From Iphione sp. A-MEVVRFRX5 (Eukaryota), in the NCBI GenBank assembly GCA_976226885.1, contig OZ320314.1, positions 41,168,001-41,232,000 on the forward strand: a DNA stretch of 64,000 bases, in the 5' to 3' direction. Under the pieces are notes generated by a model. That model had not been told where the DNA came from, searched no databases, and saw only the letters and a list, made by a program, of their open reading frames with translations. Both the position numbers and the translations under genes were made by a program. Below, in pieces: positions 40,505-54,960 of this stretch (position 1 is the first letter of the stretch; the number at the start of each line of letters is the position of its first letter).

Positions 40505-40720
40505 CCTGAATCACATAATCATTTATTTACCTACATGAACTGTTATAGAAATTTGGAAGCGTTCTTTCATTATGGAGTCTCAAAGAGAGAGATAACTTGG
40601 AGGAAAGACCAGAAATATGCATTGTACGTTGGAGAAGAAGGAGAGCAATGGTTTAGTAAGAAGCAGTACATGTTGTGGGGTCGTCTGGCAACTGGCTGAT
40701 GGAGAAATGTGTAGATAGGA
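40505..40720 (-). mobile_element. Possible Penelope-like element RT N-terminal relic
   Basis: One minus frame reads LSTHFSISQLPDDPT...(~39 codons, one stop)...ERTLPNFY. This resembles the PLE pattern L.D..FY..L..DPT ... P.FY.LPK with plausible spacing. Confidence 0.35.
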
Positions 40721-42929
40721 GCAGGGTCCCGGAGGGTGGAGAAAGCAATGTCATGGAGGAAAATTAACTGAAAATGGTTGCGCTTGGTTCCCGCTTCTCC
40801 TCAAGATTATGGCCTCGTTCAGCTGAGGGCCTGTGATCTGGAAAGTTCCCCTTTTTCACTTACGACAGCCAATGGAATATCCGAACGCCCAAGTATACAA
40901 CTGCCAAATCATACAGTCTACCGTACAAATATGTGTATCGTTATAATAGGTAGTACAGTTTACATGTACATGTAGGCGGCCCGAAAGGAGAGCAGAGGCA
41001 GCTCGGCGCCGCCCCAGTCGGCCTGTGCCATGGATGTCACCCGGCGAGCACGTTTCTCATCAGTTGGATGCATTAACCCTTGTCACCCCGTGGGGCCCCA
41101 GTCGGTTAACCCGTTATCTCCCGGTAGGTTCCCTGACCCGGCGTCACGTGTGCAATATCAATCTTATATCTGACTACGTCTCCCGTGCACCCCACCCGCC
41201 CACCACCAGGGGAGACGTTGACCCCTGCACCTATGACCTTGTCACCCTTGGATCTGTCTGTCTGACGCCTGAGCAGAGAACGCTTAACGCCCCGTCGCAT
41301 CGGCTGATGTTTGCATTGCCTCTCATTACTGTGCCTTCTCACAGGGACGAGAAAGAATAGGCACAAAATGGCCGAACATGATCAGTGACTGTCATACTAA
41401 CTGCATTAGCAACAGGACTGATAGCAAGCAGCACAGAAATAAGTGTTACCTCCGGCAAAGGATTACGTTAACTGGTCGATGTTTTCCTGAGATGGAACAC
41501 AGAATGCTCAGCCGCACTTCTTCCTCCGAGCCTTCTGTAAAAAATCCATTTATTAATTTACTAAATGTGAGCACAGTGCCTCTGCTCTCCGACATGTCCC
41601 AATCATTTAGTCCGTGTCCTACAGCAAGGAATTTCACTTGAAACCATCTCGAATGGACCCAGAATGCAGATTTTAGCGCACTAGGTAATACGTAGAGCCC
41701 AAGGCAAAACAACCAGATCCATAACAAAAGGACAAAGATCTCTGAATTCAGGACAAAAAGTGACAATCCCAGATCTGGAGATTAAAATGGAACAATGGAT
41801 CCGTTTTGCATGCGTTTTTCTTCGATCAGGATTAAAATCGATAGAAGTGATCACTGATTGTCCCCTACAGGCGGTGCCGGGGGGCTCCGGCCGAGGTGTT
41901 TTATCCGACATCAACGTGTTTTCTTGGCTTTGTGATGGCCTGCCCCTCATTGTCTGACCTAATTCGATTTCACGACTGGGAGGCATCACCTGTGTTTTCA
42001 TATTGGCAACTTGTGCACTGCCAGAAAGAGGGGATCTCACGTGCTTGAAGTGTTTCCGTCACACTCACCGACTAAACCATGTACAGTGGTAACTCAGGAT
42101 TAAGACCATCAATGAAACCAGACAATTTGCCCTTAACTGCAGGTTGCCCTACTAGCTGAGTCGATTACTTTATAGAAAGAACCAATTGGGACCACCCCTG
42201 TGTGCTCTTAATTCTGAGTTGTCCTCCTAGTTGGGTTGCCCAAAACGGGAGTTGCTACTGTACTGACCAGCCTGTTCTACTCACCAGGACACAAAGCATT
42301 TAAACACCCTAAAATCTTTAGAACTCTCCGCAAAGGGACCGTCAAATAAATCTTTAAAAAATCTTCATTTACACTAGACAAATAATATAATTCCTATGTT
42401 GATCCAGAATAACATGTCCATCTTTCCTTGATGAATGACAATGTGATGGTAATGGAGGAAAACATATCAATGTGAAATTAATGTACAAAACTTGATCACC
42501 CAACTAGACAAAGAGTAACCCAGCAGTGTGCAGTTCCATAGTGGCAATGTCCCATATCTACTTCCGTAATCTAAAAACAACTCATGACAGGCAACCCTAA
42601 CAATTCAAAAAATATAGTATATCAAGTCAATGGGCAGTGGCTGTGTCCCATGTCCATGTCCTCTTAATCTATATCTTATTTTCAAATATAGTCTCTGTGG
42701 TTAGCAACCATGCGTCAGGTCCTTTAGTAATCATCCCCCAAAAGGTTCAAGAAAACAAGAGTAAATGCAAAAATAATCCAATATGGGAGTATAAGTATTA
42801 GAAAGCGGCAGAGCCCCATATCCACTCTGAAACATTCAAAAAGCAAAAAATCACCCTTACAAATATTCCATCCTTTGATAGAGGCTGGGCCTATATCCCT
42901 TCATATTACTTTATATAACAAATGGTACT

Positions 42930-44830
42930 CCAGCTTTCCAGCTGTTTCACATAAGTGTTGAACTTCTTAGGGCCATTACTGTCAAGTTAACCCATAACTT
43001 ATAGTAATTGTATTTGATTGATCTCCTGTAAAGCGTTTTCTTGGTTTTAACACGGTAATCTTTCTAGCTGAGGCAGTTCTTGTGACTCTAATTTGGTGGA
43101 CTGCCTTTTGATATCCTATAGTCAACAACATGCGTTCTTTAAGCTCCAGGAAATCCTGTCACACATCATTCATTTAGTACCTCCTATATCCAAGGGCAAA
43201 GTTGACCATACATTTCAACACCCGAACTTATTGTAAAACAGACAGCCTTTACATTGGTATTTACAATTACAGTCGGTAACCAGAAACAACATACATCTCA
43301 TCAGTTTTATTGCACGTTCCCTATCACGGTATTTCTTTATACGTCTGAAATAATTCAGATGTCCCGTTACTTTCCTCATCATCTGTCGATTGGTTTATGT
43401 CATACTCGACCTGCTATCCAGCACCACTCCCAAATATTGTGTGGTGTTAACCACACTCACCTCACAGTCAGCCAGTATGGTATCACCTACAGAGTGGGCG
43501 TCGGTGTAATTATATCTGAATGCGACAAATTTTGTTTTGTTGTAATTTTTGAATTTTGAATCTTTGAGTCAGAATCTTTAACCCATGTTAAGTTGGCACC
43601 TTTAATTCCATACTGCTCCACTTTAAATAGGAGAAGGTCATAATCCACGGAACCAAATGCTTTCATAAAATCGATAAATAACCCAGACACCTTCATGCTC
43701 AAAGTTAAACCCCTATGCACATGGTTCAGCAGGTCAGTAATGCTTATTTCTGTGGATGGTGACAGTCTAAAACGATACTGCTCCTCGAAAAGTAAACGTT
43801 TTTTTCAGTAATGTTTGAGAGCACATTTACACTCAAAAAGGTTCATTGGCCTATAGTTTTCCAAAATCTCCCTATCACCTCATTTCCATCTCTGGGTACC
43901 TCACCAGACATGAAACTTAAGTTGAAAAGATTAACACAAATAACTGGGCTTGAATAATTTTCTTTACCAAAGATGTTGGGATTTTGCTCACCCCAGAGGC
44001 CTTACAATCTTTGATCTTACGCATTACCTTAAGGACTTTAGAACAATTCGTCTCAAAATTCTCAAGAGCGCTACTGTCAATTGAGTCGACTACTGGTTGA
44101 TATGGGTTACAGACAGCTAATTCTTGGTAAACATATGGACCAATACTTAGAAAGAAAGTGCCCAGGTGTTGTAGAACCTCCTCCGCTCAACAACTTAATC
44201 AATCTTGCAGGCAGTTTACCAAGACCTAAATTTGTTTTTAAATCATACCTATATTGTTAACAAATAATTACTGTCTGCTACTTCTACCACCATATAAACT
44301 CTATCCCTCTTTAACCTCTCTGCTAACCAGTCCTTTACCCTACCTGTACCTTGGCATATCTATATAGAGTATTACGTTGCTTTATCTCTTGTAAAACAGC
44401 TGGGGTCACCAATGGTTTATATTTCCTTTTTTTGGAACGGCTTTCTAGGATTATATACATCGTGTGAAGATATCAGAACAGCCTTAATCATTTTCCACTG
44501 ATAATTTGGCCCCCTTAACTGCAGATCAGATTTATAGCTGCATGAATTGCAACACTAACGTCCGTAATAAAGTACGCTCCGCCCTTTAGAAGTATAGACT
44601 TTTCAAGTATCCACTTTGTTTCAGGTATAACATGAGACCATGTTTTTTTCTTGTACGGGTAAGGGCTTGATGATCTGTGAAAGGTGTGTTGATAGTCGTT
44701 ACATTCCCTACCTCAGCTACTATGTTAGTATTTAACACACCTATCAGAGTGTTGGAGGTATTAGTTACCCCGGTAGAGCCAGTTACCATCTGGATCCCTC
44801 CAATCCCAATAATTATATTCACTGCTAATG
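42930..44830 (-). mobile_element. Decayed non-LTR retrotransposon (CR1/L2-like LINE) ORF2 relic
   Basis: Minus-strand motifs occur in the expected order. Endonuclease C-terminus: TGVTNTSNTLIGVLNTN...TDHQ (44586-44822). Linker: KPLVTPAVLQEIKQRNTLYRYAK. RT start: NYRP (43859-43848), EQYRFR, GLFIDFMKAFGSVDYDLLLFKVEQYGIKG..LTW. RT C-terminus: QYLGVVLD. Many stops and frameshifts. Confidence 0.85.
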
Positions 44831-47800
44831 TTAAACTTCAGGCCTTTATATATTCAGGCTTTAACGACTTAGTACATGATTAATTGATACAATACTATCA
44901 CGTAGTGAACAGATGACGTGAATGCTCTGTCAATGAAAAATGACAGTACATTGTATAGCGACATAACATTTAACACATCGGAAATTGGTGAATGTTATCC
45001 TTTTTGAAACTATATTTCCGACCAACTGAGCGTGTTTTTCTTCAGTAAATTTTAAATGAAAAGATTTTTTCACCCAATTTAATACTTAAGTATCCACTTC
45101 ACTTTCACACGAAGGCATCAAAACGTACACGTATATATGCATATATTCTAGTGCATTTCTACACAAGTATGCCAGTATAAGTGGCAATACAGAAGAGGCT
45201 TCATTCAAAAAGGTTAAACGCTTAGGACTGATAAAGGACTGATCGCTGTGGAAACGTTGTCGAAGTAAGTATATTTGATATGACATGTGTTAAGGCGGTG
45301 CATAGGCCCTTATAGCAAAGTACATTTCAACTTTCTCTATATGAATGTATGTTAACTCCCCATATTGCATATACATATATGCAGTCACAGACATATATGC
45401 GGACAAAGATACATTTGTCCAACCATCCCATGCTATTCTCTCTCAGGATCACGTCCTTCCATATGGAAGCCATAGAGAGTGGTATTTGTAGGCTCTCCCT
45501 ATACGCCTAACAGGAAATGAAGCCACTTCCGCAGCACTCTTAGCGCCACCTGGCAAAATCACATAGTAAGAGAACGGGCGCTTATTGGGCGAGATCGTAT
45601 GACAGCCAAGTAGCTCCATCCAATCAGACTTCGGCTTAGATAGTTGTTTGGCTGAGATTGGGCAAAGGTTGGGGTGTATTCCCTACAAGGCATCGTCCGT
45701 GGCTTCTGAATAGGTCTCTGAAGGACTTGTTGAAATCTATGCGCCCGTGAATTAACTAAAGAAGCTTTGTATGACAAAGCTCTTCAATTATACGCTAGAA
45801 TTCAAAACTGAAAAAGGCTGATGGCACTCTCGCTTTGCAAATTATATTTCTTTTCCAACTTGAGGTAGCATGTCTATAAAAACACTCTGAATGCGCAATG
45901 CAGATGTATATATTTCTTGAAGAATCTAATTGAAAGAAATTTTTGTTGACTGCATTCAAATGTGTTCATATGAGTACAAACTGTAGTCTATCACAAATAT
46001 GAAATGTTAGGTTTGCTTGCGAATTGATGATACGATATAACCAGTATATTTTCCATTATCACGGAATGTATCGATTAATTGAAGGGTTCCTATCCTGGGT
46101 CAAAACAGTGTTTTTCTCTAGTGAAAGATAATAGGCCACAACTGGCTGACTAGTGTATTTTCCTGGTTATTGAATGTTAGGCTTTTCAACGAAGGAAATA
46201 AGGACAACTGTTACCTATGATAGTTCTCTGCCTACCTGCTACCTTATGCCTCTTTTCTTACAGGCGGTAGGGGAGTACATTGCTTTGTAACATGTTTTCA
46301 TCATTCCTTCTACCATATATGAATCGCCCCTTAGGAAAGATCTACACAGATTATGGGAATGTTTGTATATACGGCATACAGCAGAGCATGTATATGTAAG
46401 GATTTGGGCTGAATGAGGAATATTTAGAAGGAGGCAAGGATATCCAGAGAAGGAAGAAGAAAGTAAAAACCAGAATGTGGTGGCATCGAGTATCACATTT
46501 TCAGATAGCCGGTGCCTGGATGAACATAGCCTGGGCGGATGAGGCAGCAGGAACTAGTAGCGTTACATCATATGTAAAGAGTTACCTGAGATATCCTGCT
46601 CTCAGGCTTACCTGTGATATGAAACTGAACTACAGGTGTGATCTGGTCTGATCGTGGTTACGTTGTGGCGCACTACTGATGACGGTTCATCCTTCTGAGT
46701 TTTCGCCGGGACAGAAACGTCAGCCCCTTGTAGCACATATAGATCAAAAACAAGCAGGGTCAAGGGTTCTCACCTCCACCGAAGCGTTTGACTTTCTGCA
46801 GCTGTACTGAGGGACGCTTTGTGTACCACAGAGTAACTGTATCTAAAGCTTTGTGCAAGTTCAACCAATAGTGAAGGTCCCAGGTGCGCTATCGAAAACA
46901 GGTAGGATAGGATAAAAGGAAGCCCATTTGGTTAGTTTACCGCGGCATGAGGTTTCATGGAGACTTTGATACATTCATTGATCGTGGCATCTGAACGCTT
47001 GTACTCAGTTCAGGAGGATGCTAGGCTTTACAAACAGGAACGTTAATCTTGCCGGACCCCGACGAACTCATGTCCGTTCCGCACGCTCCTTAGGAGTGGG
47101 CAGTAAGACTCACCACTCACTCATTCCCGTTGTGTTAACCCTACTTTCGGCTCAGAATTTGATCTGGGTGAGATCCAACGCATGTTAGTTTCATCGTACT
47201 ATCTGTCATTGACTGTCCCATTCCAAGTGCTTTGTCCCCCCCCCCTCAGTTTCGTTCTCTTTGTTTATTTCGCAGCTATGCATATCTCCCACCCCACCCC
47301 AACGCGAATGAAAGTCATGCACTGGCGTTGCCTCTTCTACTCGTCTTCTGCGGACGGGGACACACACCAGGGAATGCAGTTGCTGGAAGGAAAGCAGTTT
47401 GCATAGAATCGTGCCCTGAATGCTCATTCAACATTTTCGGCACTAATGGAAGGAAGTCGCCTGACGATCTCCAACTGAGATAAACAGCGGGAAATCGAGG
47501 AGGGCTAATTGGATACCGTGGGGCCTGATACCTTTTAATCACATAGTTTCTGATGGCAAAGTCCTTCACCAAAATATTCTATATTTGCATGCAGGAGTAT
47601 CCAACAGACACTAGTTAGTTTGATGTGGCAAGAACGGACAATAACAGCAATTCAGCAATATTGGTTTTGGCACATTTACGTAAGAATTATAGCTCTAAAT
47701 TCGGAAATGATTAACTAGACAGTAAACCGTCAATTTAGAAGGTTTATCTCTCTATTAGAAACATACATTGAATATTTTATTCAAACCAAGAAGCATCAAG

Positions 47801-49440
47801 ATGTAGATGCCACAATATAGCCTACATACAGCTGCAAGGGAAATTTATTGGCCAACGACTTATTTCGAAAAGCAGCCCATTTCATACAGGTCTTGATACG
47901 GAATTAAGTATATGTGTTGCGTCTCCAAATGTTTAACATCTTTTACGAGGGCATTTAGCTACCTTTATATAAGAGTAACTGTTCCTGAGTGTAAGGCATT
48001 TGGCCGATCGACCACATATAAATTTGATGTATAAAAAGGCCTATTAAGAGGCAAATTGGTTTGCAAGTTAAACCACTGGAAACACTACCATAACATGGTC
48101 ATTATTACTCATGATATTAGGAGCGGTATTTCTGGTGCGTCTACATGCCTCCTCACAATGGGAACAGGCTAACAGCAACGCTTGACATGGGTTCACCCAC
48201 AAAAAACAGAATGAGAGTAAATAAGGCAGCAGTGCCAAAAGGCCGCGCCAGACGTGCTAGGCAGTATGCGTTGGGGACTTTGGCAGGCGAATCACTTGTT
48301 TCAACCAGGCCCATTTCAGAGGATTTAGCGATCCTTTTGCCTGGCCCCACTGTGATTGGGTTATTTCCATATTCCAGCAGGGGGTAGCGGCTGGCAGAGG
48401 TGCTGATGTTGGAAGAAGCCCACGGTGGGTGGGCCGGGAAAGGTGGTGAAGGCTGGTTTCCTGACCGTCTGCCACTAGTAGGTTGCCAAATTTGCCGATG
48501 GATTCATTCCTCCTTCACTACAGTTCCTCCATCCGAGCTGTAGCCCTGGGCCATCCCACTTCATCCAGCTTCCTCCCTTCCCTCACCTCCCATGCCCTCC
48601 TCAAGAGCGCGGTTGGGGGCTGTCTTGATCTGCCAATACCCCGCTTCACTCAGTTGGAAAACCTTGGCACAGGAAGGATTGTGAGTGTGAACGTAAGTCC
48701 ACATATTTGGAATTAAACCCGTAGCAAGGATGTATAAAACAAGATGGACAGAAGATACGTGTTAATTCCATTCGTCGCATTAAGGAAGTGTCAACAGGAG
48801 GAAACAACGAAAGCCACAGAGAGTGGAGAATTGAATAAAGGTCTTAAATTCGTACATGTGTAAAGCAGGTGAGGTATGCGAGGAAGTCAAGGTGGGAGGC
48901 AGCAACGGTTGACTTCAATCGGAGTGATCCAGACACGTTTCGGTTGGGTAATTGATCCAGATGTAATCACAGACAAAATAGTTTGACCACTGCGAGCGAG
49001 CGAAATGCGCATTGGATATTTAAAAGTAGTAAACTGCTACAACACAGAACAGCAACGTTTAAAGTTGTCATTGTACGGTCGAATATCCCAGCAACAAGAG
49101 CAGGGAACATTCTCACTACGATTCTTCCCACTTCAGTCTGGTCAATGCTGATGGGCTATGATCCTGCCGCTTTTTATCACGGTAGTGATGATGGGGTAGG
49201 AAGGTTTCACTGTGATATCAATAGCTAATATAGTCAATTGAGCGAGCCTTGTGGAGGTCGACTGTTCGATGAGGCTCTCGCCCGACCAATCCAGGGTTTG
49301 ATACAAGGCAGTCCACACACAGCTGATATTTTTCTTCACACCTCGAGGCTCGTAGTGCTCTGACCATGTGAAGGGAGCGTGTCTAGGGTGATGGTGATCT
49401 CGAAGGCACACAATCGATATGTCAGACACACCAAGCAGTT

Positions 49441-49498
49441 ATCTCTCTCCATCTCTCTATCTCTCTATCTATCTATCTCTTTCATTCTATATATATAT
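49441..49498. repeat. Compound (TC)/(TCTA)/(TA) microsatellite
   Basis: ATCTCTCTCCATCTCTCTATCTCTCTATCTATCTATCTCT...TATATATATAT. Confidence 0.85.
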
Positions 49499-52019
49499 GT
49501 TTTTTTTCCACATTTCAATATACTCTACATGCATACACTCAAATGCTTTAATTCGGTTAGCGGGCAATTCAAATAGGAGGTTAACCCAGAATGATTAAAC
49601 AATAAAAAAGTGCGCAAAACTGGCTTGTCCCATTAGTGGTCACATATGAGGGTTTTTTTCGGTATAAATATATATGTGTGTGTAATAATATAATTTATCA
49701 ATCTGCAGGGACGGTCTAGAATAGGAACTTGGCATTCCGCCAACCACCCACCTATACGTTTCGCATCTAAACCCACCATCCGCCGTAACATCTCCTTATT
49801 ATCCGCCTTTCAAGACCCTGGCTATTTACACGGAGAACTCAAAGGCCGAAATCTCACTTCAAGCCGAGGCGAAAGTTCATTGGTCGGAGAGTGGGAATCG
49901 ATGGATATTGACCGCGTTCTATATTGGTGGCACCGGTTGCGCTGGCAGGATATTACCTACTTAGTAGGACTCACCACGCTGTGCGGGCCACACTGCATGG
50001 CGGGGCCAGGGATGGAACTAGCCCGTCGTCTCCTCGGCGGTCAAATGCTAGCAGCTGCCAGGCCGGCGATCAGTATGGAGACGCGGTGAAAAAAAAGAGT
50101 AATAACCACAGGAAGCAACGAGGGTAGTCTTAAGTCGCCTTCAAGTTTTTTTATTAGGATGTCCAGGTAGGTTAACAATGAAGATAGTTGGAATGGATGG
50201 GAGAGGGATGGGACATCGGCGGCTGCTTCAAAGAGTGAGGAAAGGTGGGTACACTGGGGGAATGGCAGGGACAAAGAAGATGACTTGGAGCGCACTGTCA
50301 TTGCCCTCATATGTGGCAGGCGTTTAATTACTTGGATGCAAGTACAGTGGGACACACCATGTGACACAAGTTGGGGAAACTGGTGTTACTCTAACAACTT
50401 ACAAGAGGCCTTCATAATACGTCATGAATGACGAGCTGATTTCATTCGTAATACTGTTTAATTCTAGTTGAGGTTAATACAGTTGTAAACAAGCTGATAA
50501 TGCGCATGCAGGAGTTGATCGGGAACAGATTGCTTCGTGTATGCTTCTGTTGACTTCTTCTTCATCTTCCGTGCACTGCTTCTCCGAAATATCCACCATT
50601 TTGCTGGTGCTCGTTGCGCCTGCGGTGCTGTTACCGACGCAGAGCAGTTAAGTGACTGTTACTTGAACATGACAAAATCTAAGGATTGTCTTCTAGTACC
50701 AGCTGGCCAATACGTACATTAAGTTATATCTTGTATTCTTAGTGACAAGATTCGTAAAATCATAGCGGAGACAGGCGGAATGGACAGGATGTAACACACG
50801 GCACTGTTAAGGAGGTCGAGAGTTTTAAAGCAACACTGATGGTCCCTACATTAGCCAGGGAACACAACTTTCATCTAGTCAGCACACTGATTATCCTGAC
50901 CCAATGTAAATCTGAACATGAAGTCTTGTCCCCTGACATTTCCATCTGTACTCAGTATGGTCTATGGCCATTCTTTCGTTCTACGTGAAAGGTCAGGGGA
51001 CAGATCGCTCTGAAGTTACTTAGGTGCTTACGAAGGGATTCGATGACAGAAAATCACTAAAGACCATACCTAGGATCAAATGAGAGGGATATGGGTATTT
51101 TAGATTCGGATGGTACTGTTTGTCAACCGATCATACATGCATGATAAAAGCTGATGGCAACGAATATTCATTTGACAGTCATAGATGGATGTTCTTTCTG
51201 CAGATCAGAAATAGACCACCGCTGGTTCTCGTGGTATTAACAGCTTGGACTTTCAGCGACCATTTTCATTTGCAATTCCCTGGGCCAAACCTATTAACCA
51301 CTACATTTTCTCGTCGTTATATCCGTTGACACTCTCTTCAAGTGGCAGCGACCAGATGCTTTCAGCAGCTCTCACCAGATGCCTCTGGCGTTGTAGGTAC
51401 ATTTCTCAGGAGTGCCAGAGCAGCGATGTATAGTTGGCAACAGCCGGTGGATGCGTGGGTCTTTAAAATGCGTATAGTTATAGTCAGCAAGAAATATGCC
51501 GAAATCTAGATTGACGGCCATTTCAGGCATTGGACTAAGGACATTTTAAAGAGACGTTCCTTCTTTAATGGCGATATAGCATCTGACGCTTCCAAGGGGG
51601 CACGGCACAGTGGAAACATGAAGCACAAACAAGCGATCTATTTCACAAAATAGTCTCTACACACATCGATGTGTTAGAGACAAATATAATAAGAACTGTA
51701 ATTTGGAAATATATATGTACTTTGAACAGCTGTATGTATGTTACAGGTAAGAGAAAGACAAAGGGAAGCATTTCGGAATAATTATCATGAGGCATTAGTA
51801 GGCAGAAGCGTTTCCTTCCAAAGATAGGCAGACAGATCGGGCTGTCAGTAAGTATTCTTCTTAAACAGTGGCGAGGACGAGCGGGATGCGAGAGAGCTTG
51901 GGCCGTGGCCCTTTCTTGGCGCGCAGTTTCAGTTGGTAGGAGCTGATGATGAGGCGGCGTTTGTCTGTGGCCGACGACTACGCCACTCTGCGCCGCACCT
52001 GCTAATGTGCCATGGGCGG

Positions 52020-52120
52020 CCGGGCGGAGTCTGCTGGAGCAAACGGTGCGCCTGTTTGAATAACATTGTGCAATGTCCAGCCCCCAAGAGGCAGGCGTCC
52101 GGTGCGCCGTGGTAATCAAA
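52020..52120. promoter_or_regulatory. Candidate enhancer core
   Basis: Palindromic ACATTG-TG-CAATGT (52063-52076) containing C/EBP-like ATTGTGCAAT, within a CpG-rich island at 51850-52120. Confidence 0.3.
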
Positions 52121-54389
52121 CAAATGGCCTCGGGATCCCCCCCTCCCTTTGCTTCCTACTCTTTCTACTTCTGCCTCCCGCGTGCACCTCCCTCCCTCCG
52201 TCCGGTCCTCCCTCTCGCATTAACCAACGGCAAGCTCCTCTTGTCCTCACCAACCACATAAAGGCCAGTGGGTGATATAACAGCATCCAGTATGTGTGTT
52301 TGATCTCTGATGGAGTAACTACACCAAAGAAATAAGATTCAAAAGGATTGGTAGGAAACACGCGAGTCCTTTTAGCCTAAGCTTAACAATCTTGGCGATT
52401 GCGTTTAGCCCTTTCTGCAGTATGCCTTTGGGTTTAATACAGGAGGCAAGATGCCAGCATGTAATGATTGATTTATTTAGTACAATCTTACGTAACTTCC
52501 GTACAAGGACAAATTACTGCTCGGCTTACCCTGCACTGCTAGCGTGACTTGCACCTGCTTCAATGCACCCTTTGGATGTACTACTTACAGGAGTAATCGT
52601 ACTATTCTACTCTTCGTCCTGCGCACTTGTCTACAGCACTCAGCTTTGCCGTTGCATTTGTAAGGAATGGCTCTTGTAGACCAGGGAACCTAAATGAACA
52701 GTAAAATGCCACCTAGCGGACAGACCACAGAGTGGACATGACCAGCTATCGGTCTGATTCTGCTCAGAGCCACATTACCTTATGTAACCTAACAGTGGAT
52801 AACAGTGCCGAAATGACCACCTTGTGGCTAGTGTTAAGTAAGTTCCGAGGTCTGTCAGGAATACAGCGTTTAACTGTTTATCGCGCCAGGTACACATAAG
52901 GTGCACACGTCAGGTTGACTCACACACTGCCGATCGGTCGGCTGGATGTTCATGAATTAGGTTTGCCTGGAATTATTTTGCTTGCGTTCCACTTAAATCT
53001 CACTATTCATGTTGCCATGGTGGCATTTTCCCTCTCCCTCTGTTTCTGAATATTTTTCATTGCTTATTTCTTCTCCTGACTGTGCATATATAGATATACA
53101 TAATTATTTTCTACTAAAGGCATCCGAACTGCATGACGAAGGGATGTGAGTGGGCGTAGATGACGCTCAAGGGACCTACTGAACTCGCAGGCTGACCTTG
53201 GCTGAGTCGCTTCACTGTGTCTCCCTACTCTCCCAGTATACACACACTTAAGACTGTCTACGTAGGATGAACGTTGAGAGAGGGATAGGAAATACATGTC
53301 CCTATCCTCAGATACTGGGCCATATGCACTGTGCCACCAATTAGTATGGCATCGTTGCCTCGGTGAGCAGACATACAGTCCGTGGAGGAGGGCAGCTGAC
53401 CCTGTTTGGACCAGTAATCGGAGAGGTTGCTGGGCCTGCCGTGCAATCCAGCTGGAGAGGAAGGAGACTAGGACCATGGCGAGGGATCAGTTTACCAACT
53501 GAAGTGGGGTGCCTGATGAGTGACGGAGTGGGAGAGAATAGATGGGTTAGGCATACGGGATGATAGAGAGGCCGATCACCAAACTGTTAGAACAATGTAG
53601 CTGGGGGTAGAATAAAATAGTAGTAAGAAGGTAGAAGGAAGATCCCTGACGCCGGAGATGCAAGGAGCTAGGTGTGAAATACCATGTGAATTAAAATGTA
53701 GATCACGTCTGTCGTGTGGTTGACCTATTGCTGGGATTGCACTATGTCCTTGTAAACGGAATGATGGATAGGTGAAATCAGCCATACTTCTGTTTTGTAT
53801 GTAGAAGTAAATCACAAGGGAACATAAACGTCTAAAAATCGATGTTAACCTGCAATGAGTTGTTTGAGGCACCATTGTGCGAGGAGGGTTATAATAGAAA
53901 GATGGGTTATAGGTAGGTTCAACGCTCACCGTGAGGTATTTGTTGAGTTTAAGTATAATGTATAGGACAGGTAGTAATATGAGGGTTGGCATGGTGGCAG
54001 TACGGAGAGCGACTGCAGGCCTCCAGCCTTGGTGTGTTTACCTCGGTCAAACACACGCGCCAGCCTGCCGGCCCAGGAGTGCTGGTGAACGACACTACTT
54101 GCATGTCGGTCCGGAGAGGCGGGCTGATGACTTTGGTCACCGAGCTAACAAACTTGTGTGAGGTGTTTTCACTTCGGCCGGGAGCCCGCATATCGGTCCC
54201 CAGCTGCGTCTCTCACTCCTTTAACTGCTTGGTTATCCCTTTCTCCCTGTCTGTCCCTGACATTCTTTTCTGGCTATGTTTTCATTCTCTTCTAGGGGTA
54301 TTATCCATCTGGACCTCCCCATTATAGTATCAGAAATCCTCACTGCTGACTTGTCCTTATCATTAACTTAAGCCAGGTGTATTCGACGG

Positions 54390-54960
54390 TTTAGGGCCAT
54401 TCGATTTCTATGATACAACATTCCTTCATACCTTTTATCCTACAACTTGAGATAACTTGCAGAGTCCAAGAGTCAAAACAAGGATTTTCAGTGTGTAGAC
54501 TGTGCTCATGGGCAGAGAAACACCCTATAACAGAGTTTGTACAGTCACACTAGCATACAAAACTGAATTTGCACACTCACATAACGCATAAGGCTGTGTG
54601 AGGTCTCATGAAGCTGGTATGCATATCCTGCCAATGTTCATGTTTACCACCGTACTCTTATAACCTTACATGATACACCAGTACAACAATATCATACAAA
54701 CTCCTATATCCACATGCCTGTTCTAATATCAGCCAATGCTCTCATGCAGCAATAATCATATCCATCGCTCAAAGAAGACGGTCTACACTGTCAGATTGTG
54801 CTAGACTGACTAGTCGAGACCTACCACACCAGATCTACTCTCCCATGAGGAAGCAAGACTGCCCGAGGGCCTCGCTCTTGAACGCGACAGCCGTACGCTT
54901 AATCAGGCCAATTGTTCTCCTTACACAGCAGGACCCTAACCTGCTCGCTACATGAAGGAA
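54390..54960 (+). mobile_element. Highly decayed L2-like LINE 3' relic
   Basis: FDFYDTT (~54400) resembles FHFYADDTQ; LHDTPVQ...SYKLL (~54665-54705) resembles LHWLPV..RI.YKLL. Eyeball matches across frameshifts. Confidence 0.35.

Noticed and set aside
41050-41063. CTGATGA-GAAACGT on the minus strand (hammerhead core words)
   Set aside because: No stem II between the two words, so it cannot fold as a hammerhead.
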